A DNA stretch of 64,000 nucleotides. Source: Pseudomonadota bacterium (GTDB lineage: Bacteria > Desulfobacterota > Desulfobacteria > Desulfobacterales > RPRI01). The notes beneath the pieces are model-generated. The model made no database searches. It had not been told where the DNA came from and saw only the letters and a program-made list of their open reading frames with translations. Shown here in pieces: positions 49,324 through 57,895 of this stretch (position 1 is its first letter; each line of letters opens with the position of its first letter). The position numbers were made by a program, and so were the translations under genes. The stretch spans positions 128,001-192,000 of the forward strand of contig JBDRRF010000076.1 of NCBI GenBank assembly GCA_043825875.1, given 5' to 3'.

Positions 49324-50370
49324 TTAAACCCTTTTCAGGTATAATGGTATATATATTAACCGGAGAGTGTTTTCGCTGAGGTATAAGTTGAACTTTTCAA
49401 TATGAACGGTATCTCTTGTTATGCTTTTAAGCAAAAAGGGGTTTCTTTTGATCTTTTGTAAAAAAGCATAAAGATCTATTGCAAAACCGCTATTGCTTTT
49501 AATCTTATAAGGTTTACTTCTCTCTTTTAATTTTATTTCACCTTTATTATTTGTAATTGCTTCATTTGCAAGAAAGTATTCTATAATTTTAAAAAGAATT
49601 TGATCTCTGGGATTAATTCTTATTTCTCGTTCTTTTTCTTTTTGCTTTATTTTTGCAATGCTTTTCTTTTTGCTTTCCAGGTATTTCTTTTCGGCTGCTG
49701 GCCGTAATTCATCACTTTCACTCATAAACCGATGTATTAAAAATGCGTCCATTTTTGCTCTATTAATTGTTGCTGCTCGTTTTGAGTACGTTCGGGCATC
49801 TTCAAGATACTTCATAGAAGAACTATCTTCTTCAAATCTCATACCTTCCACTAAAAAACTTTTTACAGAGAATATTGCCATTTCAATAGCAAACAGATTA
49901 AACAGTGCCTCCGAATCGATTTTTTCCCTCGCGCCTGGACTTACTCCATTAGTGCAAAGTGCCTCTCGCCATATTACCTCTTCTGGAATGCCACATTCGC
50001 CTTTCATCCCTGAATAGTTGTTACGATATCTTTTAAAAAGTGCTGCTGAAGCATTTAAACTATCCGTGTAAATAGAATCTGCTCCCCGTTTGTAAATAGC
50101 GCGTAAATCTTCAAGAAATTTTGCAGGAAAACCGATAAGGCTTTCAATAACCTTTGAGGAAGGCCAAAGAGAATTCCCTAAGCATGGCACGTTATCTTCA
50201 AGGTGAAAACAAACAATAAAATTTGTGCGGCATTCTCTTATAATTAAAAGGCATTCTTGGAAGTATTTACTTTCAATTTCCAAAGATTCCAACCGCTGAA
50301 TATCTCCAAATATCGGGCATCGTTCATTATAAAATTCTGTTTTATAAGGATTGTTTTCAAGTTTATTCAT
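49324..50370 (-). CDS. Hypothetical protein (element cargo or regulator)
   Basis: 348-aa ORF between the TA module and alpA; no motif recognised. Confidence 0.7.
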   Translation of the reverse strand: MNKLENNPYKTEFYNERCPIFGDIQRLESLEIESKYFQECLLIIRECRTNFIVCFHLEDNVPCLGNSLWPSSKVIESLIGFPAKFLEDLRAIYKRGADSIYTDSLNASAALFKRYRNNYSGMKGECGIPEEVIWREALCTNGVSPGAREKIDSEALFNLFAIEMAIFSVKSFLVEGMRFEEDSSSMKYLEDARTYSKRAATINRAKMDAFLIHRFMSESDELRPAAEKKYLESKKKSIAKIKQKEKEREIRINPRDQILFKIIEYFLANEAITNNKGEIKLKERSKPYKIKSNSGFAIDLYAFLQKIKRNPFLLKSITRDTVHIEKFNLYLSENTLRLIYIPLYLKRV

Positions 50371-50403
50371 TGCTTGTCCATTTGCAATGCGTCCTGAAAT
50401 TTA

Positions 50404-50460
50404 TTGAGGGAAGCTGGCAGGACATTTCCAGCTTATCGGCCCGTCGGCCTATCCCTCAAA
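50404..50460 (-). ncRNA. Structured RNA motif (int-alpA-like), full copy
   Basis: UUGAGGGA/UCCCUCAA stem; UAGGCC-GACG-GGCCGAUAAG; AGCUGG/CCAGCU hairpin with loop GUCCUG. Confidence 0.65.
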
Positions 50461-50471
50461 AGTATTTGTAA

Positions 50472-50828
50472 TCACATAAGCACCCGGTAATCAATCTTGA
50501 GTGCATCGCCAAATAACCGGGCATTTTTCCGGCCTATAACCCTTTTCCCGTTTTCCATTTCAGAAATGTGACGCTGAGGGATTCCGGTCAATTCGGAAAG
50601 TTGCCCTTGCGTCAAACCCTCTTTATGCCTTGCGCCTGATAGGGCGACACCGGGAGAATTGTCTTTAAATTCAGGAAAGGCATCTCTCCAGGGAATAGTA
50701 TCCGATGCATCCTTATAGCCGATAGACTTCATCAACTTGACGGCCTTATCTTTCTCCGACACCGGCCCGGAGAACGTTAATACAATGCTTTTAGTACGGC
50801 GCTTTTTCGTGTGTTCCAGCATAAACAA
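50472..50828 (-). CDS. XRE-family antitoxin (HigA-like)
   Basis: ARHKEGLTQGQLSELTGIPQRHISEMENGKR; overlaps the toxin 3' end. Confidence 0.85.
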   Translation of the reverse strand: MFMLEHTKKRRTKSIVLTFSGPVSEKDKAVKLMKSIGYKDASDTIPWRDAFPEFKDNSPGVALSGARHKEGLTQGQLSELTGIPQRHISEMENGKRVIGRKNARLFGDALKIDYRVLM

Positions 50829-51072
50829 CCTCGATCAATTGTATTTCATTATCAATAATCTGCCAAACCGCAACATAGGTCGGCTGACCCTTTTTTAAAT
50901 GGCAATGGTGCCTCTGATCTTTCAGTTTGCCATAATTTGGCCAGTTGCCCCTTATCGGCCCTTTGAGTTCAATCTCTCTCAACAGGGCAAAAAGAGATTT
51001 CTTCGCCCTGACAGGCAACCGGTCAATCATCTTGTTTATCCGCCTGGGAATTACCACCTGCCATTTAATCAT
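50791..51072 (-). CDS. RelE/HigB-like toxin
   Basis: GPIRGNWPNYGKL..HHCHLKKG.PTYVAVW..EVVYAGTHEKAPY; toxin-first arrangement. Confidence 0.8.
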   Translation of the reverse strand: MIKWQVVIPRRINKMIDRLPVRAKKSLFALLREIELKGPIRGNWPNYGKLKDQRHHCHLKKGQPTYVAVWQIIDNEIQLIEVVYAGTHEKAPY

Positions 51073-51162
51073 GATAATAATATACCTTTTTTTAGTATCA
51101 AATCAAGATTTATTTTTTATCGTTTACATTTGCCGCTTCTTATCGGCCCGTCGGCCTATCCC

Positions 51163-52332
51163 TCAAACTTCGTTTGCTGCTTTAACCTTTGATGTTTTGT
51201 TCGCTGGCTTGTTTATTATATCCCCTGCAAGCGCTGAGGCTCTTTTCAATGCGTCATCTCGCAAGTGTGCATACCTTTGAGTCATTAGCGGGCTCTTATG
51301 AGTCAGAAGCCTTTGCAAGGTGTATAAGTCAACTTGCCCAGAGCTTGCCAACACAGACGCATAAACATGACGGAGCCCATGCATCGGCCTAAATCCAACA
51401 GGAAGTCCAGCCTTGTTTCGGATACGGTCAACGCTTTTTCTATTCAAAGTAGTTAAATGAGATCCTTCCCTTTGCCCTGGGAAAATCCATCCATTACTTC
51501 CTGCTTTTTCTATTTTTTCTAATACAGCTAACGCAGAGCCGTTTAAAGGGATACTCTGATCTTGCCCGCCCTTTGGGTTACGGATTGTAATAAAACCCCG
51601 CTCAAAGTCAATGTCCTGCCATTTTAACCGGAATATTTCGCCCCGTCTCATGCCTGTATAAAGTGCAAGTTTCATAATACTTGCCGTTGTCTGATCTTCA
51701 TCTCTCTCTAAAACAGCCAGTAAAGATTTAATCTGATATTCTGTTAGATCTTCTGTTGTTTGGTTGTTCAATCTTGGGATTTCAATTTTAAAAGTAATAG
51801 GAGAAGTCTTGCCCTTTTTCACGCCATAATTGAGAGTCCGGCGAAGGATTTCAAGCACCCTTGCTGCTGTTGTCTTATGTCCCTTTTTTAATAACCCCAA
51901 ACGGAGCCGATCAACATCAAGCGGAAGAAGTTGACCCGGTTCTTTATCGCCAAGCACCTGCCTTATGTGAACATCGAATTTTCTTTTCTCCGCATTTATA
52001 ATTTTATTGTATGGATTATTTTCACAGTATGAATCCCAAAGTTTCGCAATAGTCCATCGGGTATTTACAGCTTCCTTCCTTGCCTTTTCAACTTCTCTTT
52101 TTTCTGTATTTGAAGTTTGATTCCCTTCAATTTTTTGTGCCCGGATACGCGCTGCCTTTGCAGGAGTCATATCATCTTGGAATTGACGCCCCACTTTTTC
52201 ATCAATTGCTTTCCCTGCTTTCCGATAACGGATATAATAAATCCTTTCCGGCCGGCCTGTAACTATTCCCTTGCTTTCAATATAATATACTCCAGGATAT
52301 TTTGTCTTGATTCGTAAAAATGATTTTGGCAT
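51163..52332 (-). CDS. Tyrosine integrase
   Basis: TGMRRGE, HGLRH, LLTHKSPLMTQRYAHL; N-terminal arm-binding domain; ATG 52332 after AGAGG. Confidence 0.95.
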   Translation of the reverse strand: MPKSFLRIKTKYPGVYYIESKGIVTGRPERIYYIRYRKAGKAIDEKVGRQFQDDMTPAKAARIRAQKIEGNQTSNTEKREVEKARKEAVNTRWTIAKLWDSYCENNPYNKIINAEKRKFDVHIRQVLGDKEPGQLLPLDVDRLRLGLLKKGHKTTAARVLEILRRTLNYGVKKGKTSPITFKIEIPRLNNQTTEDLTEYQIKSLLAVLERDEDQTTASIMKLALYTGMRRGEIFRLKWQDIDFERGFITIRNPKGGQDQSIPLNGSALAVLEKIEKAGSNGWIFPGQREGSHLTTLNRKSVDRIRNKAGLPVGFRPMHGLRHVYASVLASSGQVDLYTLQRLLTHKSPLMTQRYAHLRDDALKRASALAGDIINKPANKTSKVKAANEV

Positions 52333-52348
52333 TTTAAACCTCTTTTTG

Positions 52349-52407
52349 TTCCCCACACTACACAATAATTATAACCACTGCTTTTTATTCCCCACACTAT
52401 TCCCCAC
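52349..52407 (+). repeat. Integrase arm-type sites (right)
   Basis: TTCCCCAC at 52349; TATTCCCCAC at 52386 and 52398. Confidence 0.75.
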
Positions 52408-52532
52408 ACATAAATTAAATATACAGGTAATAAAAAGTAAGTCAATAAAAATAATACTCAATAATAATCTATTATTTCAAGGTATTTAATGACATAAATA
52501 AAAAGGAAGGTAAATTAAGGTAAATAGCTTAA

Positions 52533-52585
52533 AAGTGGCTGTTAACCACTTTGTCCGCGGTTCGAGTCCGTGCTGGGGAGCCAAA
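52533..52585 (+). repeat. att repeat (duplicated 3' part of tRNA-Asn)
   Basis: Identical to 44247-44299; lacks the 5' acceptor strand and D-arm. Confidence 0.95.
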
Positions 52586-52591
52586 AATTAT

Positions 52592-52621
52592 AGCCCGTTC
52601 ATTAATTGAGCGGGCTTTTTT
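52592..52621 (+). terminator. Probable original tRNA terminator
   Basis: AGCCCGTTCA-TTAAT-TGAGCGGGCT-TTTTT. Confidence 0.75.
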
Positions 52622-52781
52622 ATTGGATTTTATCATGTGATACGTATATATTAGTAATAGTTACGGTTTATAAATAACTTATGTTTTCGGAAATGCGTTC
52701 AATCCCATAAGGATGTATTGAAAAACCAAAATGGGAAAAGACGGAAATCGATACGAATTCAAATTCCCGTCTTTTTTTGTT

Positions 52782-53468
52782 TTATACTTCTTCAGCAGAT
52801 GCGCTTTCAGAACATAATCCGCGAGATGCTTTTTCCCAATCTTCTACTTCTTCGCCTTCTTCGATTTCTTCCCACCCGGTAATCATGGCCTTTATATGTG
52901 CAAAAATTGAGTGGCCGGTTGTAGTCATATAAACATGCACAACGATAAACGCGAGGATGGAGAATGCTCCGGCCAAATGAATCAGCGCCACAACGTTTAA
53001 AGAAAGAAAATCAAGTCCCCAACTCTCCCAGGAATTATATGTCCAGTAGAAAATTCCCGTGAACATCTGGATGGGCAAAAGCATTGCTGCCAGAAAGAGA
53101 TAGGTCAGTCGTTGTAATGGATTGTGTTTGGCGCCTTTTCGTTTCGGCACCGGGTGCGATTCGCCTTTAAAAATACCAAAACCATAGTAATGTACGACCT
53201 CCAACAGCTTTTTTGTAGTTGGAATATACTGTTTCCATTCACCGGTCGTAAATATCCAGAACACGAAAAACGCAAAAGCAATCAGCCAGGTAATGCCAAG
53301 GAAATTATGCACCTCAACAGCCCGTTCAAAACCAATTAGCGAGTAAACACCGTGGATTTCAAAACCTGTTATAAGCAGCAAAAAGATCAGAAGCATTTGC
53401 AGCCAGTGCCAGAAACGCTCGTAGCGGGTGTACAGATAGGTGGTTATAAGTTTTATTGAATGCATCAA
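52782..53468 (-). CDS. Cytochrome b (PhsC/hydrogenase b-type) membrane subunit
   Basis: RYERFWHW, HNPLQRLTY, His residues in four transmembrane helices. Confidence 0.9.
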   Translation of the reverse strand: MMHSIKLITTYLYTRYERFWHWLQMLLIFLLLITGFEIHGVYSLIGFERAVEVHNFLGITWLIAFAFFVFWIFTTGEWKQYIPTTKKLLEVVHYYGFGIFKGESHPVPKRKGAKHNPLQRLTYLFLAAMLLPIQMFTGIFYWTYNSWESWGLDFLSLNVVALIHLAGAFSILAFIVVHVYMTTTGHSIFAHIKAMITGWEEIEEGEEVEDWEKASRGLCSESASAEEV

Positions 53469-55100
53469 TTACTCCTCCTTCTTACGACCATTGGTAAAGA
53501 TCCTGCCCAGAGCGTGGAGAACAATACCACCAAATGAACATAGAACAATGGCCCATCCGGCAAAGTCGATAATATTGACTTTGTCGCGTCCCGGCATATA
53601 AAACCCAGCCAGATTGGCCAGACGGCTGTCAGGCCGTGTGTGACACTGACTGCATTTCAGCGCTTCTTCCCTGGGAGAAACCATATGGGTGCTTGGAAAA
53701 ACATAGGCAGTTTCTACAAAGTCAATTTTGCCGCTAAATGGCAGATCCAGATATTTTGCGCCCCGCTGAATGGAATCCTGCCAGTCAAAAGTGGTCCAGT
53801 ATCCATGTTCTCCTGATAAAAGCGGCGTTGTCATTGTTTTGTTTACCGTGTCATAGGGCTGTTTGCCCGAATGAATATTAAAGGGGAAAATACGTGCGTT
53901 TTTATCATTACGATTTCCATTCGGCCAGGCCAGTTTGACTATCTTGCTCGGATCAATCATATCTTTGGCTGTGACCCCTTTGATGGAACCGTTGAACCAC
54001 AGATATTTTGGGATCACATTTTTTTCCCATTTTGTATCTCCTTTGGTCGTTTGATATACGGGCTTTCCGAAAGGACCGTATACATCATAAGGCTTTCCGT
54101 CTTTTTTCTTTCCTGCCTTGGACCAGTCCCACCATCTTTGAACAGGTAAAACTTTCGCAATAACAGGAACATGACAGGCCTGACATGCAACCTTGTCCGT
54201 ATGGTCATTCATTTTACTGCTTAACGCATGAGGCTTGTCACTGTGACAGGATTCACACATAATTTTGGGTTCAAGATCGTGCTCAAGAAGGCTGTGACGC
54301 GTTTCAGAAGCCGGTGTTCCGTAAATCCTTCCTGCAACATGGTGCGCAATGGTTGTATGGCATCTGGTGCACTCAAAATCCTGGCCATCATATCCCATAT
54401 GAACATCGAGTTCTTTGTTGGGATTAATTAAAGAAGGATCCAGATCACCATGCTTAACACCATCTCCACCTCCACCGGAAAAATGACAGGTACCGCAGTT
54501 TTTGCGCGTTGGGCGTCCGATACTCTGGACAACTTCGTGGATTTCAGCCTGAGCGTCTTTGGCAAGAGCTTTTTCTTCCGGATCTTTTGACTCAGCAAAA
54601 TACTTATAATCTCCAAAAACCTCTTCCCAGTTGATTTTTTTCCGGCCATGACATTTCAGACAATCGATTTCTGTTTTCTTGCCTTCCTCATTCCATCCAA
54701 TGTGACATTCGTTGCAGTGATGATCATTCATTGCATTGGCTGAAATACAAAAATTGTTTACCGAATATCCGGCCTTGCCCATTTTATTATCCTTTGGTGA
54801 ATTGGGATCAAGCCACGTCCAGTGAAGCGTTTTTTTCAACTGGTTGGCCGCTTCTGTATGGCATGAAAGACAGGCTTTACTGATTTCGGGTCCTGATGTA
54901 AAATTTTGATTCAATGCTTTAAACTGTGAATGATCAGCTGTGGTAGTATTCTTTGCTTCTTTAACTACCTGCCGGGCAAGTTCCAAACCGGGTGCATCCT
55001 GATCCTGATTTGCAAATAAAAGTGTAGACGCAAAAAACAGGAAACATATCCACAGGAAGAATAATACATAACTTTTATGTGTTAATTTAAACCTCATCAT
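53469..55100 (-). CDS. otr: Octaheme tetrathionate reductase-family cytochrome c
   Basis: Eight CxxCH motifs; NNFC; GGGGDGVKHGDLD; C-terminal membrane anchor. Confidence 0.9.
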   Translation of the reverse strand: MMRFKLTHKSYVLFFLWICFLFFASTLLFANQDQDAPGLELARQVVKEAKNTTTADHSQFKALNQNFTSGPEISKACLSCHTEAANQLKKTLHWTWLDPNSPKDNKMGKAGYSVNNFCISANAMNDHHCNECHIGWNEEGKKTEIDCLKCHGRKKINWEEVFGDYKYFAESKDPEEKALAKDAQAEIHEVVQSIGRPTRKNCGTCHFSGGGGDGVKHGDLDPSLINPNKELDVHMGYDGQDFECTRCHTTIAHHVAGRIYGTPASETRHSLLEHDLEPKIMCESCHSDKPHALSSKMNDHTDKVACQACHVPVIAKVLPVQRWWDWSKAGKKKDGKPYDVYGPFGKPVYQTTKGDTKWEKNVIPKYLWFNGSIKGVTAKDMIDPSKIVKLAWPNGNRNDKNARIFPFNIHSGKQPYDTVNKTMTTPLLSGEHGYWTTFDWQDSIQRGAKYLDLPFSGKIDFVETAYVFPSTHMVSPREEALKCSQCHTRPDSRLANLAGFYMPGRDKVNIIDFAGWAIVLCSFGGIVLHALGRIFTNGRKKEE

Positions 55101-55198
55101 AGTATATCCATTTTTTTATTGCTGCCAAGGCACAAGAGACACAAATAAAGAAGTAGAAAATATGTCTTTGCGCCTTTCGACATTCATATCAAATAAAT

Positions 55199-55543
55199 CT
55201 ACTTGCATTTTGCCGGGGATGGAGAATCTGCCGCATGTTCATATAAATACGAATAAATGTCGTTCAAATCTTTTTCTGACAATTTGCTCCATTCTTCACT
55301 GCATTTAAACTGATCAAAATCTTTTTTTTCGAAAGTCCGCTTCCATTGGGCCTGTGTTTTTGAATCAGGACTCAATAGCGGTTTGGGAGAATCAATTTCA
55401 CCACGCTTGCTGCACGCTTTATAAACATTACGATACGTGTATTTACCTTTTCGCGAATTGCCGTCTTCACCGGCAAAACCAATACCGATAGAAGTAAATA
55501 CAAAACCAATTACCATTAAAGTTAATACTACTTTTTTTAACAT
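55199..55543 (-). CDS. Periplasmic cytochrome c-like protein lacking CxxCH
   Basis: Signal peptide; GNSRKGKY, SPDSKTQAQW, HAADSPSPAKC. Confidence 0.7.
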   Translation of the reverse strand: MLKKVVLTLMVIGFVFTSIGIGFAGEDGNSRKGKYTYRNVYKACSKRGEIDSPKPLLSPDSKTQAQWKRTFEKKDFDQFKCSEEWSKLSEKDLNDIYSYLYEHAADSPSPAKCK

Positions 55544-55589
55544 GTTACCTCCTTATATTTATTAAAAATTATATTGCTTAGGATTTTAA

Positions 55590-55904
55590 TTAAAAAACCA
55601 CATATCGATCCATGTTAGCCACCATTTCAGCATTTTTTGCCTGGGTGGCAAAGTCTTTGAAACCAACGCCAGGAACCTCATCTTCACGCCCGTGCAACCC
55701 ATTAGCTCTGAAACTGACATCACATATTGCCAGTTTTGCTTTTCCCACCAGTTTCTTAAAATCAGGTTTAAGCGTCAGAAGCACACCCTTTCCTGTAAAA
55801 AATATATGAACATCTTTTCCTTTCAAATGGGCGGCCCGTGTCAGGTTGACAACATAATCAAGATGCTTATCAGTATTTACAAGAATACCCAGCGTATCAG
55901 CCAT
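55590..55904 (-). CDS. DsrE-family sulfur carrier
   Basis: GKDVHIFFTGKGV, AICDVS, DRYVVF. Confidence 0.8.
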   Translation of the reverse strand: MADTLGILVNTDKHLDYVVNLTRAAHLKGKDVHIFFTGKGVLLTLKPDFKKLVGKAKLAICDVSFRANGLHGREDEVPGVGFKDFATQAKNAEMVANMDRYVVF

Positions 55905-55948
55905 AGCCTTTACTCCTTCCTAAAATTGATATTGATGTCATTTACTTG

Positions 55949-56122
55949 CTACCACCAGCAAATGACCTTATCGTGTAAAAAAATATCATCCACAAGCCCT
56001 TCCCAGTCAACATTGCCTTCATATAGCATTATAACAGATGACTGATTCTCTTTGGAAACAGCTTCGCCAAGTTTTTCAACGGTTTCATCCGGTTCTGATC
56101 TTAGGATATTAAGTACTTTCAT
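55949..56122 (-). CDS. Small DsrH/TusB-like protein (57 aa, absent from the ORF track)
   Basis: MKVLNILRSEPD...VDWEGLVDDIFLHDKVICWW; RBS AGGA. Confidence 0.75.
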   Translation of the reverse strand: MKVLNILRSEPDETVEKLGEAVSKENQSSVIMLYEGNVDWEGLVDDIFLHDKVICWW

Positions 56123-56133
56123 TTTATTATCCT

Positions 56134-56421
56134 TTAAAATGGTATTACAAGGTCAGCTTCATTGATTTTTACACCAACATCCGCCAGGGTAATATATTTA
56201 AAGCCGTATTTTTCCACATTGGCCGAATTATTTGAAAACCTTTCACCTTCCATTTCATCTAAAAATTCCATATTGTCACTATACGCCTCATCCATGTTGG
56301 AAATTTCATGGTGAAGAACAAACATCTGAACGTTTGTGTCCTCAAGCAAAAGACCCAGGCTGGTTCTAAGCCCCTCATACTGTTGATCTGTATCTTTGAT
56401 GATAACTGCAACTTTTTTCAT
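56134..56421 (-). CDS. DsrE/F-like conserved protein
   Basis: EGLRTSLGL...EADLVIPF. Confidence 0.7.
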   Translation of the reverse strand: MKKVAVIIKDTDQQYEGLRTSLGLLLEDTNVQMFVLHHEISNMDEAYSDNMEFLDEMEGERFSNNSANVEKYGFKYITLADVGVKINEADLVIPF

Positions 56422-56430
56422 GATTGACTT

Positions 56431-56676
56431 TTACCCCTTTTTAATAAAATATCTTGTGTGGCCTTCTGAAGAATCCAGCATGCCGATAAACTGATTTCCC
56501 CCTTTATTTCCAAAATCAGGTATGTCCTTTTTTGATCCCGGATCAGTTCCTAATATTTCCAGAATTTCACCGGATGCCATTTCTTTTAAGGCTTTTTTTG
56601 TCTTTAAAAGCGGCATGGGGCAAGTAAGGCCACGGGTGTCTAAGACATTGTTTGGTTGAATATTTTCAAGATCCAT
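56431..56676 (-). CDS. tusA: Sulfur carrier TusA/YeeD family
   Basis: LDTRGLTCPMPLL, TDPGS. Confidence 0.9.
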   Translation of the reverse strand: MDLENIQPNNVLDTRGLTCPMPLLKTKKALKEMASGEILEILGTDPGSKKDIPDFGNKGGNQFIGMLDSSEGHTRYFIKKG

Positions 56677-56700
56677 AAATATAACTCCTCTTTCCTGTTA

Positions 56701-57870
56701 TCAAAATATAACAAATTTTTCCGTTTCTTCATTCCACATGGCAACCAGAACCCAGACCAGAAAAAACACCAACATAAAAGGTATAGTAATTTGCCATGTA
56801 AGTATATCCGGTATAAACATGTCCTGGCCGAGTTTTTCATACAGGTTGCTGTTAAGCAAAACTTTAGACACTAGTGAATTGGTCAGCACAAATGTCACCA
56901 GAGTCACCATAAGCTTGGTTTGCCCTTCACCCACACGCCATAAAGTACCACTGGCACACCCTCCGGCCAGAATCATCCCGATACCGAAAATAAAACCGCC
57001 CATCAAGCTGCCTAAAACAAAAGGATGGTAAACACCCATAGACGGCTCCTGGAGATACGCCCATTTTATTACAGCTGTTCCCGTAAAATAAATGATAATA
57101 CTAATCACCACCACTTTTACCATTTTCGCCTCACCGGTCATGAATGGATCACGAAAGGGGCGCACAAAACAAAATCGCGAACGATGCATAACCATACCGA
57201 TTAAAAAGCCGAAAAAAAGCCATCCACCCAACTGTGTCTTGTTTAAAAATGCATAGGTATAAAAAACAACGATTATACCGATGGCCACCACCACCCCTAC
57301 ATACGGTTGGATTTTTAGCCAATCAAAGGTCTTGGGTTTTGTTGCATCTTTTGGTTTTGCATAAACCGTCTGGCTCGGAATATTCTCCATTTCCCAGAGC
57401 AAATAACGAAGGCCCACCCATGCACCTGCACCTAAGCCGATCATCATTGCAAATCCGCCTGCCGACATCATGACAACGGCAGAAAAGAAGCCGCCCACAT
57501 TACAACCCTTGGCCATTGAAGCCCCGGCGCCCATAAGTATTCCGCCCACAAGACCTTTTGCATATTCAAGTTTGGGCGCCGGATGGATTTTAAATTGACG
57601 TGCCATAAGTGCTGAAACAAAGGCTCCGGTTACGATACCGGCATCGGACAGTGAAACCGGATGAAGCCAGGATGCCACAGGACGTTCTTTGTATGCTCCC
57701 ACAAGATAGTAAAACCAGTCACCCCAGTTATTTAAACCTGCTGCAATTCCCCAGGGACTCTGCCAAAGGAACATCATAAGCGCAATGATGGCAACTAATA
57801 TACCAGCCAACCATGAGGGCCATTCCTGTTCAAAAACAGCAATGTAGTAATTTCGTATTTCCGTTTTCAT
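56701..57870 (-). CDS. YeeE/YedE thiosulfate transporter family
   Basis: GCNVG, RSRFCF and GGCASG Cys motifs; many transmembrane helices. Confidence 0.92.
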   Translation of the reverse strand: MKTEIRNYYIAVFEQEWPSWLAGILVAIIALMMFLWQSPWGIAAGLNNWGDWFYYLVGAYKERPVASWLHPVSLSDAGIVTGAFVSALMARQFKIHPAPKLEYAKGLVGGILMGAGASMAKGCNVGGFFSAVVMMSAGGFAMMIGLGAGAWVGLRYLLWEMENIPSQTVYAKPKDATKPKTFDWLKIQPYVGVVVAIGIIVVFYTYAFLNKTQLGGWLFFGFLIGMVMHRSRFCFVRPFRDPFMTGEAKMVKVVVISIIIYFTGTAVIKWAYLQEPSMGVYHPFVLGSLMGGFIFGIGMILAGGCASGTLWRVGEGQTKLMVTLVTFVLTNSLVSKVLLNSNLYEKLGQDMFIPDILTWQITIPFMLVFFLVWVLVAMWNEETEKFVIF

Positions 57871-57895
57871 ATTCAATAAATCTGTCCCCTTTATA

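Larger units (their letters stand above)
44247..52585. mobile_element. tRNA-Asn-integrated phage-satellite (PICI-like) element, ~8.3 kb
   Basis: Identical 53-bp direct repeats 44247-44299 and 52533-52585; tyrosine integrase, AlpA-like HTH, initiator plus iterons, terS-like gene; no recognisable structural genes. Confidence 0.9.

Noticed and set aside
52533..52585. Second tRNA-Asn gene
   Set aside because: Lacks the 5' acceptor strand and D-arm; it is the att duplication
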